DNA from: Tubiluchus corallicola | Lineage: Eukaryota; Animalia; Priapulida | Assembly: GCA_030141605.1 (NCBI GenBank) | Contig: JAQGDQ010000677.1 | Coordinates: 45,652 to 109,651, forward strand | Direction: 5' to 3' | DNA: 64,000 bases | In this document: positions 46,927 through 62,140 of the stretch, in pieces | Numbering within the stretch: the first letter of the stretch is position 1 | Layout of the letters: every line of letters starts with the position of its first letter | Notes under the pieces: generated by a model | The model's database searches: none | What the model was told of the DNA's origin: nothing | The model's input: the letters and a program-made list of their open reading frames with translations, nothing else | Made by a program: the position numbers and the translations under genes

Positions 46927-47326
46927 GACGCGAAGAGAAAAAAGAGTTAGATATTTCGAGCAGTTTCGAGGACTTTTGAAATCCACTTCAGGCACATCAC
47001 ACTAATCGTCTTCACGCAAAACTCTTGCTTTCAAGTTTTTGTATTTAAAATTTGACATGAAAAGTCGAAGCACGTGTACAACGCGTGGGTTTTGTTTGAG
47101 GGAAACACTCGATGTTAAAGAGGTTCTATTGTATACAAGGTACCACAACAGGTGCTTATAAAAAGTCGGACTTGGCCGACCACCCATCGTTGGTTGTCAG
47201 TTTGTTTGACAGTTTATGCTGGGGACGTTATCAAACCTCTTTCACTTCGATCTGCGCTTTTTAGTGAAAGTTCGGCGCAATATCATTGACAAACCATGTG
47301 TAATCATACCCCCTCCTGTCACACGT

Positions 47327-47327
47327 T

Positions 47328-47386
<59 letters not shown>

Positions 47387-47456
47387 TTCTCTCTCCCTCT
47401 GTCTCTCTCTTTCTCTCTCTCCCTTTCTCTGTCTCTCTTTTCTCTCTTTTCTCTCT

Positions 47457-47507
<51 letters not shown>

Positions 47508-47545
47508 GCTCTCGCTATCTCTCCCTCTCTCTCTCTCTTTCTCTG

Positions 47546-47596
<51 letters not shown>

Positions 47597-47675
47597 CTCT
47601 TTCTCTCTCCCTCTGTCTCTCTCTTTCTCTCTCTCTCTCTTTCTCTGTCTCTCTTTTCTCTCTTTCCTCTTTCTT

Positions 47676-47749
<74 letters not shown>
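47327..47749. repeat. (CT)n microsatellite
   Basis: Direct reading. Confidence 0.95.
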
Positions 47750-47752
<3 letters not shown>

Positions 47753-49323
47753 ATATAACCTACAAGTAACCTATAACTTTTTACAAAAAAAACTAAATAA
47801 ATTTAATATTTTTATACTGATGAAGGAAGTCCTAACTATTATGAGGTGAGATGTTTCAGATTGAGACATTTTCAATCATAATGCGCCTAGTTCTTTTATA
47901 TACCGAGATTAAGTTTTCACACACCCCCAACAATCCAGCTTCTCGAGTTCACTTACTCACCTTTATACAGGTTTACGTTTGTGCAAAATTTACATATACA
48001 ATGCTGTTCTATTAATACTTCACGTGATGGATTAAACACTGCGGGAAACTGTAATCATCCTCATCACCTTTACTAAATGCAGAACACAGTTGTCAGCATC
48101 CCGTCAGAACCAAGTTTAACTTTCCTTGTTTTTGATTACATTTTAATTTCAGGCGTAAAATAACGCAGAGGATATTCTGCCACGTTGAACCCCCCGTTCT
48201 GGATCCGCTATAAAACGTTTTTTTCTAAAGCGATAGTGGAAAGGGTTAAGAGCGCGACGATATTGGTTTACTTATTGCACAAACTTGAGCTTGGCGTTTC
48301 ATAAATACTTAATCAGTCAAATCTGGTCAGGTACTTATTGTAGATTTTCTTTAATATGTGGGTCGTACATTATGGCTACATTGAGATTATGAGACCGGAT
48401 TTCACCAACGTAAAGCGAATCACAAAAAACCTCACATAGAATTTTCGGTTAGTTTATAAGCGCAGGTGTTAATCTGAGTAACCCTTTCCTTACCTGACAT
48501 TACGGTTTGGACGAGGTAAGCATACGGTTTAAGAAAAGTTTTATCGAAGCGCATTGTTGAAGAATTTTTACTATGTAGTTTATTTATATTTTTGTTGAAA
48601 ACAATGCTGGCCACTGTAGAAGCATTGTTTAATCATTTGGGCTGTGCAGTTAGATGTATTTTTGTTGAAAACAATGCTGACCATTGAAGAAACATTTTGT
48701 TAAACCACGTTTGCAATGCAGTTAGTTGTATTTTTGTGTGTAAACAATGCTGACCATTGTAGAAGCATGTTGAAACATTTTCGCATTGCACTTTGCTATA
48801 TTTTTGTTGAAAACAATGCTAGTTAGTTCGTTAGTTTATCTATCGAAGTTAAGATGAATCGATTAACTGCAGAAATTTAAATAACACACGTGGCAAAAAT
48901 AATTGGTTTCCTTTTTAAGGAGAAGTTCGTTATCAAATTGGAAAAATGGATACGAATTTTCCATTTTATGTGCATTTCTAAACAAAAACTGATTTTAAGA
49001 GTTAGTCAACAGCCACATGGGGGTACATTTAAAAATTGTTTTGCTAACCAAAAAAGTGTTTTAATAAAAATAGTGCAAATGGACGGGAACAACTATAATG
49101 TAAGTTTGTTGAGAAGACTTAAAAAATTGTTTCACTAGCGCTTATAGTATAGGTACTTCTTCCCCTCCCCCCTCCCCCCCCCCCAAAAAAAAAAATCTGT
49201 CGCTGTTACAAAATGAAAAAACTCTCATAATAAAAAGACTCACTGTAAGTGAAAAGTATAAGGTAAAATTTGCCCTTTTTTGCAACGTAAAATCTCGCAA
49301 CGTCTTTTTTTCAGTAAAAATCG

Positions 49324-50027
49324 TGCATGTGTGTTGACTGTATGTGTGTTGACTGCATGTGTGTTGACTGTATGTGTGTTGACTGCATGTGTGTTGACTG
49401 CATGTGTGTTGACTGCATGTGTGTTGACTGTATGTGTGTTGACTGCATGTGTGTTGACTGTATGTGTGTTGACTGTATGTGTGTTGACTGCATGTCTGTT
49501 GACTGTATGTCTGTTGACTGCATGTGTGTTGACTGTATGTGTGTTGACTGTATGTGTGTTGACTGCATGTCTGTTGACTGTATGTCTGTTGACTGCGTCT
49601 GTTGATGATGTCTGTTGACTGCGTGTGTGTTGACTGCATGTCTGTTGACTGTATGTGTGTTGACTGTATGTGTGTTGACTGCATGTCTGTTGATTGTACG
49701 TCTGTTGACTGCATGTCTGTTGACTGCATGTCTGTTGACTGTATGTCTGTTGACTGCATGTGTGTTGACTGCATGTGTGTTGACTGCATGTGTGTTGACT
49801 GCATGTGTGTTGACTGCATGTCTGTTGACTGCATGTCTGTTGACTGCATGTGTGTTGACTGCATGTGTGTTGACTGCATGTCTGTTGACTGTATGTCTGT
49901 TGACTGCATGTCTGTTGACTGCATGGCTGTTGACTGCATGTCTGTTGACTGCATGTCTGTTGACTGCATGTCTGTTGACTGCATGTCTGTTGACTGCATG
50001 TCTGTTGACTGCATGTCTGTTGACTGT
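49324..50027. repeat. 15-bp minisatellite (tgttgactgcatgtc), ~47 copies
   Basis: Direct reading. Confidence 0.95.
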
Positions 50028-50875
50028 GTTTGCGGTGTAGTGGGACAGGGTGTTACATGACTTTCACCTCCATAGGAGTATTTTAGAGAATTTATTGTAA
50101 TATATTTCTGAAAAAATTTAAATTGTTTTTATAAGTAACTTTCAATTATTTTATGTCACGTGACTGTATTGCACCTCGTAAATTTAAATTGTCCTTTTTG
50201 ACTGAATAAATAAAAATAATTAATAAATAAATAACCCCCCCCCTCTTTTGTTATTAAGGATCGGAAAGGTTAAATACAATGGACTATTTTACCTTTGTTC
50301 GCAAAGGACATTTGCCCTCTAATTAGCAAAGAAAAATGGATTAATTAGCACCCCCCTCATTACACCTCCCGAACACACTGTACCTCTTACAAAAATCATT
50401 TACCCCCCCCCCACCTGCTGTCTTGGGGGTGAACATTCAACACCAGCGGTCAAATTACTTCAACAACCTCCAAGTTTGGGGTATCGTGTTTCCATTCTGA
50501 AAGCGCAGGGCATGTTTACAGGGGCCCTGACTGGTCATTTTCACTTGCACGACTTACCTAATGTAACAAAAGCCCACGAGAGACGTCTAATTTGTAACTC
50601 GATCAGGCTAAATTATGTAATTATGTCTTGCTGATTGCTTTAAATTCTAAGCTACAATGTATTATTGCTGTAAATCAAGGACTGGGACAACATGTGAAGA
50701 TTAAAGAGGATGAAAAGGTGATTTTATAGGTCGTCCCAGAAAACTTCACGTAGAAAGTTGTAGGTTTTTACCTGCTTGAAATACTCACGGGCTACGTTTG
50801 TCATGTGTTGGCAGGTGTTTAGTTTAGTGCCTATTTTTGTGAAAGTTGAATTTATTTGGTGTTTTAGCAATAAAT

Positions 50876-51178
<303 letters not shown>

Positions 51179-52498
51179 CAGGAAGAAATTTCTAGTAATT
51201 CAAAATTCTCGCTTCAGCTGGTAAAATGTCACTGACTCCCAGTGGCACCCCTGGCTCACCAAGAAACTTATTTTAATCTTATTGACAAGACAATGTAATT
51301 TAAACTTTTGCTTAGTTAGCGAAGAGGGCGCTACAAATGCTCTGATTATTTTCTCAAACTTTGCGCAATCTAAACTTGCTTCAAATGACTCATCGTCAAA
51401 ATGGCTGCGCCTAACGGTCATCGCGGCATTTTAAACTTACATAGCGTTGCTGACAACACAAGCTCTGCATGCAATAAAACAGTATGTAAGCGGTACAAAA
51501 TTTCAAGATAAACTTTTTATTTTTATTTAAGTAAAGGGCTTTCTTGTGCTTAAACAGGAATTCTACAACCCTGTGAAGTATATAAGATTATCCATTCAAT
51601 CTTAAATGTAGATACTATTTTCATCCTATTTTTGTTTACATTTACAGTTTATGAAGGAAATAAGAAAATTATTTTTTGTAAAAAACCATTAAGCTAACGA
51701 ATTCAACAACGTTTTTTATGAACGTTCTCTCACAAGCTATCACAAACATAAAACGGTTTTTCTTGTAAAGCAACACGCAATATTTCCGGCGTGGTTTTCT
51801 AACTCGCCCCGGGTGGAGGAGAAACCATGTTCCCCCACCCGCACTTCCGGCCTGCAACATGGGGCCGTCTCACGCACTCCCACACGGCTCATCCGTGAGC
51901 TGCATGAATATCATAAATAATAAAATCATAAACTCATTTCTGTTGACTTCTCGTAAAACAACTATACCTCACATTAACTTGTAGTAAAGTTTATTATTCA
52001 AGGGTGTCTACACGCTTTATAGAACAGCCTGAAGCGAAACAAAAGCTAAATCTTTTTAAATTAAACGCATTTTGTTAAAACCTGCAAAAAGTAACTTTCA
52101 TGTTCAAATCGTGTGCGTATTAATTTTGCGCATGCGCCGTATGGTGCAGCTCTTTCCGATACAACTACGCTTTTTAAAGGTTGCTCACAATTCCTAGGCA
52201 TTTTGCAGACTCTTCAACATTTTGGGAAGATGCGGCATAAGTGAAAAGTTAATACAATAACTAATTACCAGATGTTACTTCTTCCAGAAAGTTCGTCTTG
52301 TCGTGTTTCGATCAAAGAAAGTAACTTAAAAGTTGTATGTGTGAGTCAGAGAAAAGTAATCGTTCTTAATTTTCATCGATCACGTGACATGAGCACCAGT
52401 TTCATAATTTATGATCCATGCATGATTTTTTTATTTTGAGTTTATTAAAGGTTTTTGAGTTAAGAGAATGCAGTACAAAAGATCGTAAAATAATACAT

Positions 52499-52598
52499 AT
52501 GAACATTGAACATATTGAAACATTGAACATTGAAACATTGAACATTGAAACATTGAACATATTGAAACATTGAACATTGAAACATTGAACATTGAACA
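52499..52598. repeat. (GAACATT/GAAACATT)n repeat
   Basis: Direct reading. Confidence 0.9.
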
Positions 52599-53278
52599 TA
52601 CATATATATGTCCTTCTAGTAGAAGATGATACTGAATTATCAACTGCGCTACTGTATCTGTTATAAGCTATGTGATAAAGTTACAGGAAAAAAATTCCCG
52701 GAAAAGATCACAGTTTTGGCTAAGGAAAAAGTCACAAAAATTTTTGGCTAGGGTTAAGGTTAGTGTTAGAGTTACAGCAAGGATTACTTCTTTTTTCTCT
52801 CTCTTTTTTCCTGTAACTTCTTTTCTCTTGATTCACGGTATGTATAGTGCAGAGAGTTCTAGTTGTTGATATTCACTTGAAACATTGGAACAGATGTAAC
52901 TCTAAACATGGCTATTTATTCTCTAAAACAGAGGTTATCATTTGTAAAAATTACGCCTAGTTGCTTAATTTCACAGAGCTAAAAGCGCTTCCAAAAAATC
53001 TAAGCTTTCTAAAAATCTACGACAACATACACACTAATTCAGAATTCATATACCCACGACCATATTAATTAAATCATAGTTTTTTTCATTTTTTGTGCAT
53101 AGTTGTAAATACGTTTGATTTTATTCGTCGTTACTTTCCCTTACTGCACAGTAGTTTAGATTGCACTGACGCATTTGCCTTTAGCAGTGTAAGTTTTTAT
53201 TAACTAACACTGATTGATTATCTCTGTAAAGTTTTTATCAGTGATTATCAACGTATTTTAATGGCAAATAAAGATTAT

Positions 53279-53312
<34 letters not shown>

Positions 53313-54091
53313 CACGACAATTTGAGAACCTATCATTTTAATATTAAAGAATGGTAGTACCTGAAAAGGACACATATTATTATATTCTCTTTAACCAATG
53401 AACTTTAATTTTCACAAAGCAATTTAATTATCTCTGATGACCTTGTTAAGCGTGCACTTATGCTATAATGTCAATTGTTAATTATTTTTAAATTCGAGGC
53501 AAATGATACATCGCGTTGGATGAGTTGAAGGTCGTAGGAGTAAAAACCTTTATCAACCTGTTCAACTCTATCAACATTCATTGGTAGATTTCGCCCGAGG
53601 GACGAGTCATTCCTAAAATTAATGTCGTCATTTTAGAAGTTTCTATCGCAATTTAATGCGCAATTTTTTCCGAGGGGTTTTATTGTAGCCGAAAGCAAGA
53701 TCGATCACATCACATACGTGACTTTTGACTCCTGCAAATTGGTGATTTATCATTTTGTGATGTGTGGCTCCTCGTGAAAAGTTTTACCTCTGGGGGTATC
53801 TCCGACGTATGGCGATGAACAAGTTTATGTAACGTATAACATTCGCTTAATCAAAAACATGTCAGGCGCAAAAACGGCCAGAAACGCAGGTTCATAATGG
53901 CTAATTCTAAATCAAGTCATGCACTTGAGGTTGTATTGAAAAATCGCTCAATATAAATTAGAATCGATCATTATAATTTTTGAAGGTCGTTTTCAATATA
54001 GAAAGGTTAATAAGATAAGATAAGATATTTGTTGATAAAGACAAATAAAGTAATGACATATATTTGTATATATATGCATACACGATTCAGA

Positions 54092-54560
54092 TAATACAGT
54101 ACAATACAACACAATGCAATACAATACAAATCAATACAATGCAATGCAATGCAATACAATACAATAGAATACAATACGATTCAGATAATACAGTACAATA
54201 CAACACAATGCAATACAATACAAATCAATACAATGCAATACAATACAATACAATACAATACAATACAATACAATACAATACAATACAATACAATACAATA
54301 CAATACAATACAATACAATACAATACAATACAATACAATACAATACAATACAATACAATACAATACAATACAATACAATACAACACAATACAAAAACATA
54401 CAATAGAACACAATACATACAATGCAATGCAATACAATGCAATGCAATGCAATGCAATGCAATACAATACAATATTATGCAACATAACAGAATACAAAAA
54501 CATACAATGCAACACAATAAATACAATACAATACAATGCAATGCAATACAAAATAAAATA
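54092..54560. repeat. (AATAC)n pentanucleotide repeat
   Basis: Direct reading. Confidence 0.95.
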
Positions 54561-55144
54561 CTGACTCAATAAACCTAAATGCAACGCCAATTAATCAGTT
54601 TTAGTTTAAGCAGCGAGAGCTTAAGTTGTAGAATGATTCTCTATACAGAAGAATTATGTCCACGAATAAGAATCTTCAACATCAAATCTCAGGGTCGTTC
54701 ATTCAAGTATTGGTATGAAAAGCTAATTACAATTAATAATAATAATTGCAAACATCCAGTTGTTATTTTCTTGTTGACTTGTTATATTAGACGACTTTAA
54801 ATTGATCACTTTCCGTACAAAACTTGGTAGCATAGTTTCCAATCTTTTCAAACAAATAAGCTCTTGGTAGACTTTAGCTGGTATAACTATTAAAAACGCA
54901 TATTAAACAGACGGGCAGACGTATCACAGCCATGCATTGGATGTAGTATGTAGATCTAAAATGAGTTTTATAATATGCGTACACACGCTTGAACTGAATG
55001 ACAGCTCTAATTACAAAAGATATGTTTTTTTAAAAATTCTTTAGTACAACTTATTAAGTCCAAAATGGAAAGGGTTGCTTTATGCAAGCTGTTCATAACC
55101 TACACCTACGCCTATAATCCCTTTACATTTCAAGACACTCCAAG

Positions 55145-55965
55145 CATGGCGTAGCCAGGGGGAGTCTAAAGTTAGGGGGAGCAAGCACATAAATAAGCGT
55201 CGTGACACACGACAAACAATTCTTAATTAACATTTATTAAACATTTTGATTCTGGATTTAAAATCAAAACACGAGGAAGAGTTTAAAGCCAATCAAAACA
55301 GTTTTAAAGGAAGTAAATAATAGTTATTTTGTATGTAAAATTAAAACACAATGAAACACTGTGAAAAACGTATCATGAAGGAAATACGACAGTCTCTTTC
55401 GTCTTGGCTTCATTCTAGTAAAGTCATCTATCACTTTATTATAATTCACGTTAGTAGCCAAATCTCTTTCAATGAAGGGCAAAGCTAACCCAGACAATTT
55501 ATCTATTGTAGAAAGAAAGTAGGACTTTATCTGTTTCAGCCAATTAAAGGATCATTCAACAACTGCACAGATAAACTAAAGAATTAAAAAATTGTTGAAA
55601 AGTCGCCAATTTTGAAAAACATTTGTGCTAAGGGAAGCGGTTTCTAAGGGAAGTGGTTGCTAGGGAAGCGGTTGCTAGGGAAAGCGGCTGCTAGGGGAAG
55701 CAGTTGCTAGGGGAAGCGGTTGCTAGGGGAAGCAGTTGCTAGGGAAGGCGGCTGCTAGGGGAAGCGGTTGCTAGGGGAAGTGGTTGCTAGGGGAAGCAGT
55801 TGCTAGGGAAGGCGGCTGCTAGGGGAAGCGGTTGCTAGGGGAAGCGGTTGCTAAGGAAAGCAGCTGCTAGGGGAAGCGGTTGCTAGGGGAAGCAGTTGCT
55901 AGGGGAAACGGTTGCTAGGGGACGCGGTTGCTAGGGGAAGCGGTTGCTCCCCTTGCTCACCCATT
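55145..55965 (-). mobile_element. Decayed hAT element: pseudogenic dimerisation-domain fragment (~55390-55570) and ~17-bp tandem array (ctaggggaagcggttg, 55628-55948)
   Basis: Minus strand reads VVE*SFNWLKQIKSYFLSTIDKLSGLALPFIERDLATNVNYNKVIDDFTRMKPRR; terminus catggcgtagccagggg. Confidence 0.7.
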
Positions 55966-56933
55966 GCACAAGAATTTTTTACCTTTCCACCATCTACATA
56001 TTCAGTAGTCTGCTAAATCATTGTGCCATTGTGATACAGATGAAGATATGAATTTACGCCTTCTAGGCAATTTCATTTCGCATAATCGTCAACTTTTGGG
56101 TCGATGTTCGCTGTCTAAAATTTGACACTTAATTTAACAGGGCATGAAATGTAAAATTTATTAAACTTCATTCCCACCCGCTAAGGGACATTATGCCTCT
56201 CAAAAATTTGATAAATTATAACCTGCCATTACAGGCGCACCATTTTGAAGGTCCACTGACACCCTGGTAGACACTTGTTGTCAAAATTTACTACTGACTA
56301 GCGTGATATAAAAAAGCGAGTTCGTTTTTTTATAAACTTGCGCGTTTCGCTTTGGTTAGCACTGAAACACTTCAAATTTATTACCGTACAGACCAAAAAT
56401 TTCGGGGAAGAAAGCGAAAATGACGTCCCGTAAGGAACGACATTGCGCATGCGTGACACTCGCTGTATTTACATGTGGGAAAAGTCAAACCTTACGCCAC
56501 CAATGAAGAGATTATGGCAATGAAGCATTTTTAATGTTAAGCTCAATTCATACCTTTGTTCACACTCACTTAAATACGCTATATTTTATAGAAAATATTA
56601 ATAATCAGGTACAACAATGTACTCTAAAGTCGTTTGATACTTTTCTTATTTTTAAAAAACAAATTTAGTAAGAAAAAACATACTAAACATATCATTAGCA
56701 TGAGAAGTATGTTTGTAACATTGTATGCGTTTTTATCTCACGTTTGGAATTTGGAAAAAGTTTCACCTGGTTAACTATTCGGTACCTAATAGAGTCATGA
56801 TCATAAGTAACGCGTAAAATGGGAAACGAAACGAAACTGTCTTTTCTCAACACCTTAACAATGTCTGCAAAATACTTAGCTAATGTAGGCTAAACTTGGC
56901 CAAGTTGCGTTTGAAGAAACTTATGTTTAAAAT

Positions 56934-57316
<383 letters not shown>

Positions 57317-57999
57317 TAGACTGACGATTTTATGTTTATTAATGCAACGTCGAAGGTTACATTCGTAAAAAAGAAAAGTAACGCGCGCATATATTTATTT
57401 TTATATGCATATTTTCCGATTTTGAAGTGACTAGTAGAACTTTAGTCAACACATAAACAGGTCTGACATTTCATTGACTAACATTATTAATTGTACATGA
57501 ACTTTGTATATGAGAAATACGACAAGTATGTCTTAATTTAGACATGATAATACAGTACAAAACTCCAAAGTAGCTACAGCTAACTGTTTCACTGTGAAAT
57601 GAACTTTCTTGCTGCGTAGGAATTCAAATTTTCAGAAAAAATTTTCTGACAGCAATTTTGTGCGTCATTTTTCTTTGCGTCCTCGCTGTGAAAAGGGCCT
57701 TAGACGTTCCTCTCCTCAAAATTAGTAACATTCTGCTCTTCCAAGCCTGGATGCCCAACCAGTCCAACATGCTGTGACATACAAGCAACCCATATCTTCA
57801 TCTTTCTATTGTCACGCTATCACAGCTCAGTGTTGGTGGTCCAAGTTTTTAACACGTTTATTTCTGCTGTACTTATTCTAAGCAGTAATCGAATCACGTG
57901 ACGCACAGATATAGGTCTGTTGTATGATGGAACTATAATATATACGGTGTAACTTAGAGGTCTACTAAATTATAGGAAGTCGAAGTTAACGGACAAGAA

Positions 58000-59230
58000 A
58001 AGGGGGTACCTGAAGTAGGTTTCAGAAAAATCGCCTTAGAAATTACATTACTTTATAGCAATTTTATGCGTATATCTTACTCGCACTGAAAGGAATTTTA
58101 GTTTGTTTTCATTTTAAATCTCCCGCAATACTGTTCTGACGGCGCCATTACATGACGTCATGTACCAAACGTAAATCAAGGGAAGGAAAGGCAATGTTAA
58201 ATTATATCTCAAAAGACTTTCCGTGCAAATCTATATTATGTAGATTTTCGCTTACCTGCTAGAAAGACTTATGTAACTAGAAAAGAAAATTATTAATTAT
58301 TTAAAATGTTTTCACCAATTGGTAAAATGTCGCTGACTCACCCTCCAGGGTGCACCACTCAGTAACCAAAAACGTATTTTTTAATCTTATTCACAAGATA
58401 CAGTAATTTTAAATTTTATTTAATTAGTGACTTGTGCGCTACGAATATTCTGATTATTTTTTCAAACTTTACACATTGTTATCTAAACTTGTTTCAAATG
58501 ACTTATCGTCAAAATGGCTGCGTCTAACGGTCATCGCGGGTGTTTAAATTTACATGTTTTATACAGCGTTACTGCCGATTGAAGTCCTGCATGCAAAAAG
58601 GCAGTACGTAAGTGATATAAAATTTCAAAACATATTTTTCAACCTTTATGTTTATGAAGAGTTTTCTTGTGCTTTAAGAAGGGTACGTCATTTAGTATGT
58701 TGAGTTTATTTTACTGATATCACTTAAAGTTGGAAAAATACAAAAAAGAAATTTACAAAAATATCTGTAAAGCGTAAAATTAAATTATACTATCACCGTA
58801 TACGAATTTTCAAGTGCGGGTGGTAGCTGTAATTCATTTGAAAATTATGACGTAACTGGTGGACTTCGTGACTCTTCGTAAACGCATCGTAGCTTTCCGT
58901 AAGCGCGTGCTGCTTAATCTAATTCAAACTCCTGCAGCTTACCTAATGTTTTTTTTTGCAAAAAAATACCACAAAATTAGCTATCCAATTTTTTGTAGAA
59001 GCTTATTTTACTTTTGACGAGCATTGACAGTGCGCTACTTTCTTCAAAACGAATGACGTCATTGGAAGAAGAATGGACTTTGAAAATAAAAGCCCCCAAG
59101 CATGAAGTGATCGCGACTTTAAAGTGATTTTACTAATTACACGAGGCACTTTTATTACTAAATCCTTCTAACATTTTTCGTGAACCTTGAAATAAGTCCA
59201 ACTTCCCAGAAGACTTGACCTTTCCTTTAA
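58000..59230. mobile_element. Abutting or composite Kolobok-like elements (inverted copy of 8172-8842 followed by a copy of the 45559-46584 family)
   Basis: Colinear similarity by eye; ends ...gacctttcctttaa. Confidence 0.7.
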
Positions 59231-60231
59231 TAATGTTAAAATAAATAAAAAACCGAGAGAGATTTGCCTTAAATTACGCTAGGCGTCGCGGCTTGCGGTG
59301 ATCCCAACTGCTTAAGAATCTCTTACACTATCTTGCTCACCAGAAAACGTCATATCAAACAAAGTCTTCCCATTTTACCGTTTCTGCGAAGATTATAATT
59401 AGATCCCGGGGCCTGAAACGGGTTTTATTGCCCACCACCCACCTCCATTGTCCTGTTCCCCGATTACGTTAATATCACTTGTCTGCTGCGCCCTCGCAAA
59501 CTCCTATTCCTGGCTAATTAAAGCAGCTGTGTTGTATAATAAGTGGGGTGTAATGCGACTGAAACAATAGCCTGATTAGTCGTCTTACGCATTGTTACTT
59601 TAGTAGGACTTTGGGATATTTGCTAAGGTGAGTAAGCGTGTCTCTGTGCTAGGTAACAAGGTTACCTCAACTTGTGCAATACTTGCCCAGGTAACAATTT
59701 AATTAGGATTAAATTACAAAGAGAAACCTGATTATGACGTATTAGCAGCTCTCCGACGGCATGAGCTTCTCATTCAGTTAAAAAAACGGATTTTTGCTAA
59801 TTATCTTATAATCCGAGTTTTTCAACGTAAAAACCGAAGAAAAACAAGAATAAAAAGAAAAAGAGGAAAAGTCGCACACGGAGAAGGATGGAACAATAAA
59901 ATGAATGTAGCGAAAAAGGATAAACAGGCAACATTAAAAAATAACGAAGAACAAAGGTGATGATGACTATGATGACAATAACGGCAATGATGATGACGAT
60001 GATATAATAATGATGGCGACAATGAGATGATAAAGGCAATGTTAAAGACTTTTTTGATACCAAGGCATAGATCATTGATCGATCATATTAAAATAATATT
60101 ATAAACTGACCAATAAAAACCCGACTGCCTAGTTACTAGGATTCTAGTTTATCAAACAAGAAGATTAAAAAGTAGATTAAATTTATTCACTAATTATTAC
60201 AATATATAGAATAAACAGAAGTCACCGGCAT

Positions 60232-60700
60232 TGTATAGAATATATAGTATAGTATTGTACAGAATAGTATAGTATAGTATAGTATAGTATGGTATGGTAT
60301 GGTATGGTATGGTATGGTATGGTATGGTATGGTATGGTATGGTATGGTATGGTATGGTATAGTATAGCATAGCATAACTATAGTATAGTATAGCATAGTA
60401 TAGTGTAGTGTAGTATAATATAGTATAGTATAGTATAGTATAGTATAGTATAGTATAGTATAGTATAGTATAGTATAGTATAGTATAGTATAGCATAGCA
60501 TAGCATAGCATAGCATAGCATAGTATAGCATAGCATAGTATAGTGTAGTATAGTATAGCATGGTATAGTGTGGTATGGTATGGTATGGTATGGTGTGGTA
60601 TAGTATGGCATAGCATAGCTATAGTATAGTATAGTATAGCATAGCATAGCATAGTATAGTATGGTATGGTATGGTATAGTATTGTTAGTATATTATAGTG
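60232..60700. repeat. (TATAG/TATGG/CATAG)n pentanucleotide repeat
   Basis: Direct reading. Confidence 0.95.
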
Positions 60701-61673
60701 TCACCCTTCATTTTACAACAATTTAAAACACAAGGAGTTTTAGTTACTTGATCTTGCCAATAAAATCAATACAGGTACTGTGTTTTTAGTAAGTCAGTGG
60801 TGCACACTGGGAAGGTGAGTCAGTGGTGCACACTGGGAAGGTGAGTCAGCGGTGCACACTGGGAAGGTGAGTCAGTGACGTTTTACCAAATGGCGCGAAC
60901 ATTTTAAGTTACTAAGAATTTTCTTTTCTAGTAACGCAAGTCTTTCAAACAAGCAAGCTGGAGTAACTTTGTATGGAAAGTTTTTTTTTTTGATACGCAG
61001 TTTAAAATTGATTTTTCTTCCCCCTCTAAGAATATCAGCGTGTGAAGGAAATTTCCCCCTTTCCAGATTACATGTGCCTCTGAAAGATGCTGCAGATGGA
61101 CTTGCCTGTATTTACACCTTTGTCCTTGGGCTGTGAAGAGTTTGTCTGGAGGCTCTCCAGTAAATCTCCCCTTATAAAAGAGGAAACCACAGGGGAAGTG
61201 AACAAGGCGCAGCTGGACATGTATCCGATGCATCTTCTGATACGGGAATGACTCGGACGTGTGGCAGAGGGATGAATAGGCGCAGACGATGCATCTATAT
61301 TTATCCACGTGGACAATGGTCAGATTAGCCGCTGACCATCGGTGCATTATGCAACCTTGCTCAATGCGCGTATAATGTGCCATAATGAACTGTCCGCGAA
61401 ACAATAGCCACTTTGGGGCAACACCGGGGGAGGTAAACAGGGACTTTGGCTGAATATAGATTGAATCACAATTATCTTTAAGCCTTGATGGTATAATTAC
61501 GGTCAAATTGTCTTTGAGAGAGTAAACTTGCCAAATCAAAATCAAATTTAGAAAACGTTAGTAAATTTCAGATACCAAGAATTATCTAACTCTCTAGGAA
61601 ATGCTAAAGTTAAACTGCTTTAACAATATTATTGTGGGTTTGGACTCTTATCCTTCTTTCCTCCTCTCTTATT

Positions 61674-62140
<467 letters not shown>

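Noticed and set aside
47815-47880. Hammerhead ribozyme (CTGATGA core)
   Set aside because: No correctly placed GAAA or supporting stems; the same holds for other CTGATGA hits I looked at.
49142-50060. QSTDM / MCVDC repeat proteins
   Set aside because: A 15-bp minisatellite open in several frames on both strands, with no gene structure.
60928-61545. 205-aa minus-strand ORF
   Set aside because: No recognisable motif, non-ATG start, and its 3' end runs into a transposon fragment.
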